From Chloroflexia bacterium (GTDB taxonomy: Bacteria; Chloroflexota; Chloroflexia; QHBQ01; JAICKM01), in contig JBPCPV010000015.1 of assembly GCA_050998805.1 (NCBI GenBank), positions 145,423-209,422 on the forward strand: DNA of 64,000 nucleotides, read 5' to 3'. Positions 63,324 to 64,000 of the stretch are shown piece after piece (position 1 is the first letter of the stretch; every line of letters begins with the position of its first letter). The notes below the pieces were generated by a model. That model saw nothing but the letters and a program-made list of their open reading frames with translations, had not been told where the DNA came from and did no database searches. The position numbers and the translations under genes are program-made.

Positions 63324-64000
63324 ATGAGAGTTAAAGAGAGGGAGACGGCGGTTGGGGCGATTGCGCCCGACCTGGAGACGGTGCGGAGACTGGCGGAGGG
63401 CGAGCATGGAGGCGGGGCGGGAGGCGGGGCAGTGGTGCCTCTGGTGCGGCGGCTATCTGCGGACCTGGACACGCCGGTATCGGCGTACTTGAAGCTGACG
63501 GGCGGAGAGACCGACGAGGGATACAGCTTCTTGCTGGAGAGCGTGCATGGGGGGGAGCATTTAAGCCGCTACAGCTTCCTGGGCACGGCCCCGACCCGCC
63601 TGTTGCGGTGTGAGCAGGGCGCGGGCAACCCGCTCACGGCGCTGGCGGATGAGGCGCGGGCCTGGCGCGTCGTGCTGCCTGAGGAGCAGGGGCGGCCGTT
63701 GCCGCCGTTCATTGGCGGCGCGGTGGGCTTCGTCGGCTATGAGACGGCGGGCACGTTCGAGCCGGTGGCTGCCGCCGCCAACGATCCCCACGGCCTGCCG
63801 CTCGCGCTCTTCGGCATATATGACACGGTGGTAGCGTTCGACCACGCCTACGGCATCATGCAGGTGATAACCCTACTGCCCCTCAGCGGCGACATCAGCG
63901 CCTCCTACGCCGCAGCCGCCGCCCGGATCGACGCGGTATGCGTGCGCTTGGCCGGACCGCTGCCGGTGGTCAGTGGTCAGTGGTCGGTGGTCGGTGGTCA
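63324..64000 (+). CDS. trpE: Anthranilate synthase component I (or ADC synthase), N-terminal part; continues beyond window end
   Basis: MRVKERETAVGAIAPDLETVRRLAEGEHG...VSAYLKLTGGETDEGYSFLLESVHGGEHLSRYSFLGTAPTRLL...FIGGAVGFVGYETAGTFEP.... RBS GGAGGAG. The (CAGTGGT)2(CGGTGGT)2 heptamers at 63968-64000 lie inside the reading frame. Not in the ORF track because it runs off the window edge. Confidence 0.8.
   Translation, partial: MRVKERETAVGAIAPDLETVRRLAEGEHGGGAGGGAVVPLVRRLSADLDTPVSAYLKLTGGETDEGYSFLLESVHGGEHLSRYSFLGTAPTRLLRCEQGAGNPLTALADEARAWRVVLPEEQGRPLPPFIGGAVGFVGYETAGTFEPVAAAANDPHGLPLALFGIYDTVVAFDHAYGIMQVITLLPLSGDISASYAAAAARIDAVCVRLAGPLPVVSGQWSVVGG

Overview
This 64 kb window is a GC-rich (about 65-70%) bacterial chromosomal segment with dense coding on both strands and many antisense 'shadow' ORFs that I treat as high-GC artefacts.

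Gene content by region:
- 1-6.2 kb: FAD oxidoreductase (partial), a GIY-YIG/cyclodeaminase fusion, DinB-like proteins, EthD, and two crotonases.
- 6.2-17.6 kb: a WD40/SecD-like lipoprotein, then an exopolysaccharide-type cluster (asnB, GT4, MBOAT plus DltD/AlgJ-like partner, DUF58/DUF4129).
- 17.7-22.3 kb: a frameshifted Uma2 endonuclease, nitroreductase, dienelactone hydrolase, YcaQ-family protein, a methyltransferase and a PPOX-family protein.
- 22.4-25.8 kb: fabG followed by two tandem fabF genes.
- 25.8-27.4 kb: a MazF/antitoxin pair and a PH-domain membrane protein.
- 27.5-36.2 kb: a candidate six-gene operon: a MidA-type methyltransferase, a DA1-like HExxH peptidase with Cys-rich fingers, a VWA protein, a thioredoxin-like/NHL-repeat protein, and two GT-C membrane glycosyltransferases.
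- 36.5-46 kb: CGNR zinc finger protein, DUF1992, M16 peptidase, PfkB kinase, alpha/beta hydrolase, a nonsense-interrupted methyltransferase, a second polyprenyl-phosphate sugar transferase plus GT2, and an LDH/MDH-family dehydrogenase.
- 46.9-55 kb: tRNA-Ser(GCU) immediately followed by an EVE-McrB/McrC restriction module, then a methyltransferase, an LPG-synthase-like membrane protein, and PmbA/TldD.
- 55.2-62.8 kb: a third polysaccharide locus (priming transferase, GT4, two Wzz paralogs, BY-kinase, PHP phosphatase, metallophosphoesterase, tandem-GNAT acetyltransferase), then ferredoxin and the 5' part of trpE.

Most notable observations:
- The thioredoxin-like/NHL gene has an in-frame TGA exactly at the first Cys of its CxxC motif, with a hairpin 18 nt downstream. 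This is a selenocysteine candidate; the alternatives are a pseudogene or a sequencing error.
- A ~29-nt dispersed repeat (ACTGTCATTCTGAGCGNAGCGAAGAATC) sits in-frame inside a membrane glycosyltransferase gene. A family of tandem heptamer repeats sits at gene boundaries.
- A trp-attenuator-like leader ORF with two Trp codons and a terminator lies upstream of trpE.
- Two long repeat-rich non-coding regions (about 2.1-3.45 kb and 46.0-46.9 kb) share segments in inverted orientation.

All calls come from reading the translations and sequence only. No database searches were run.
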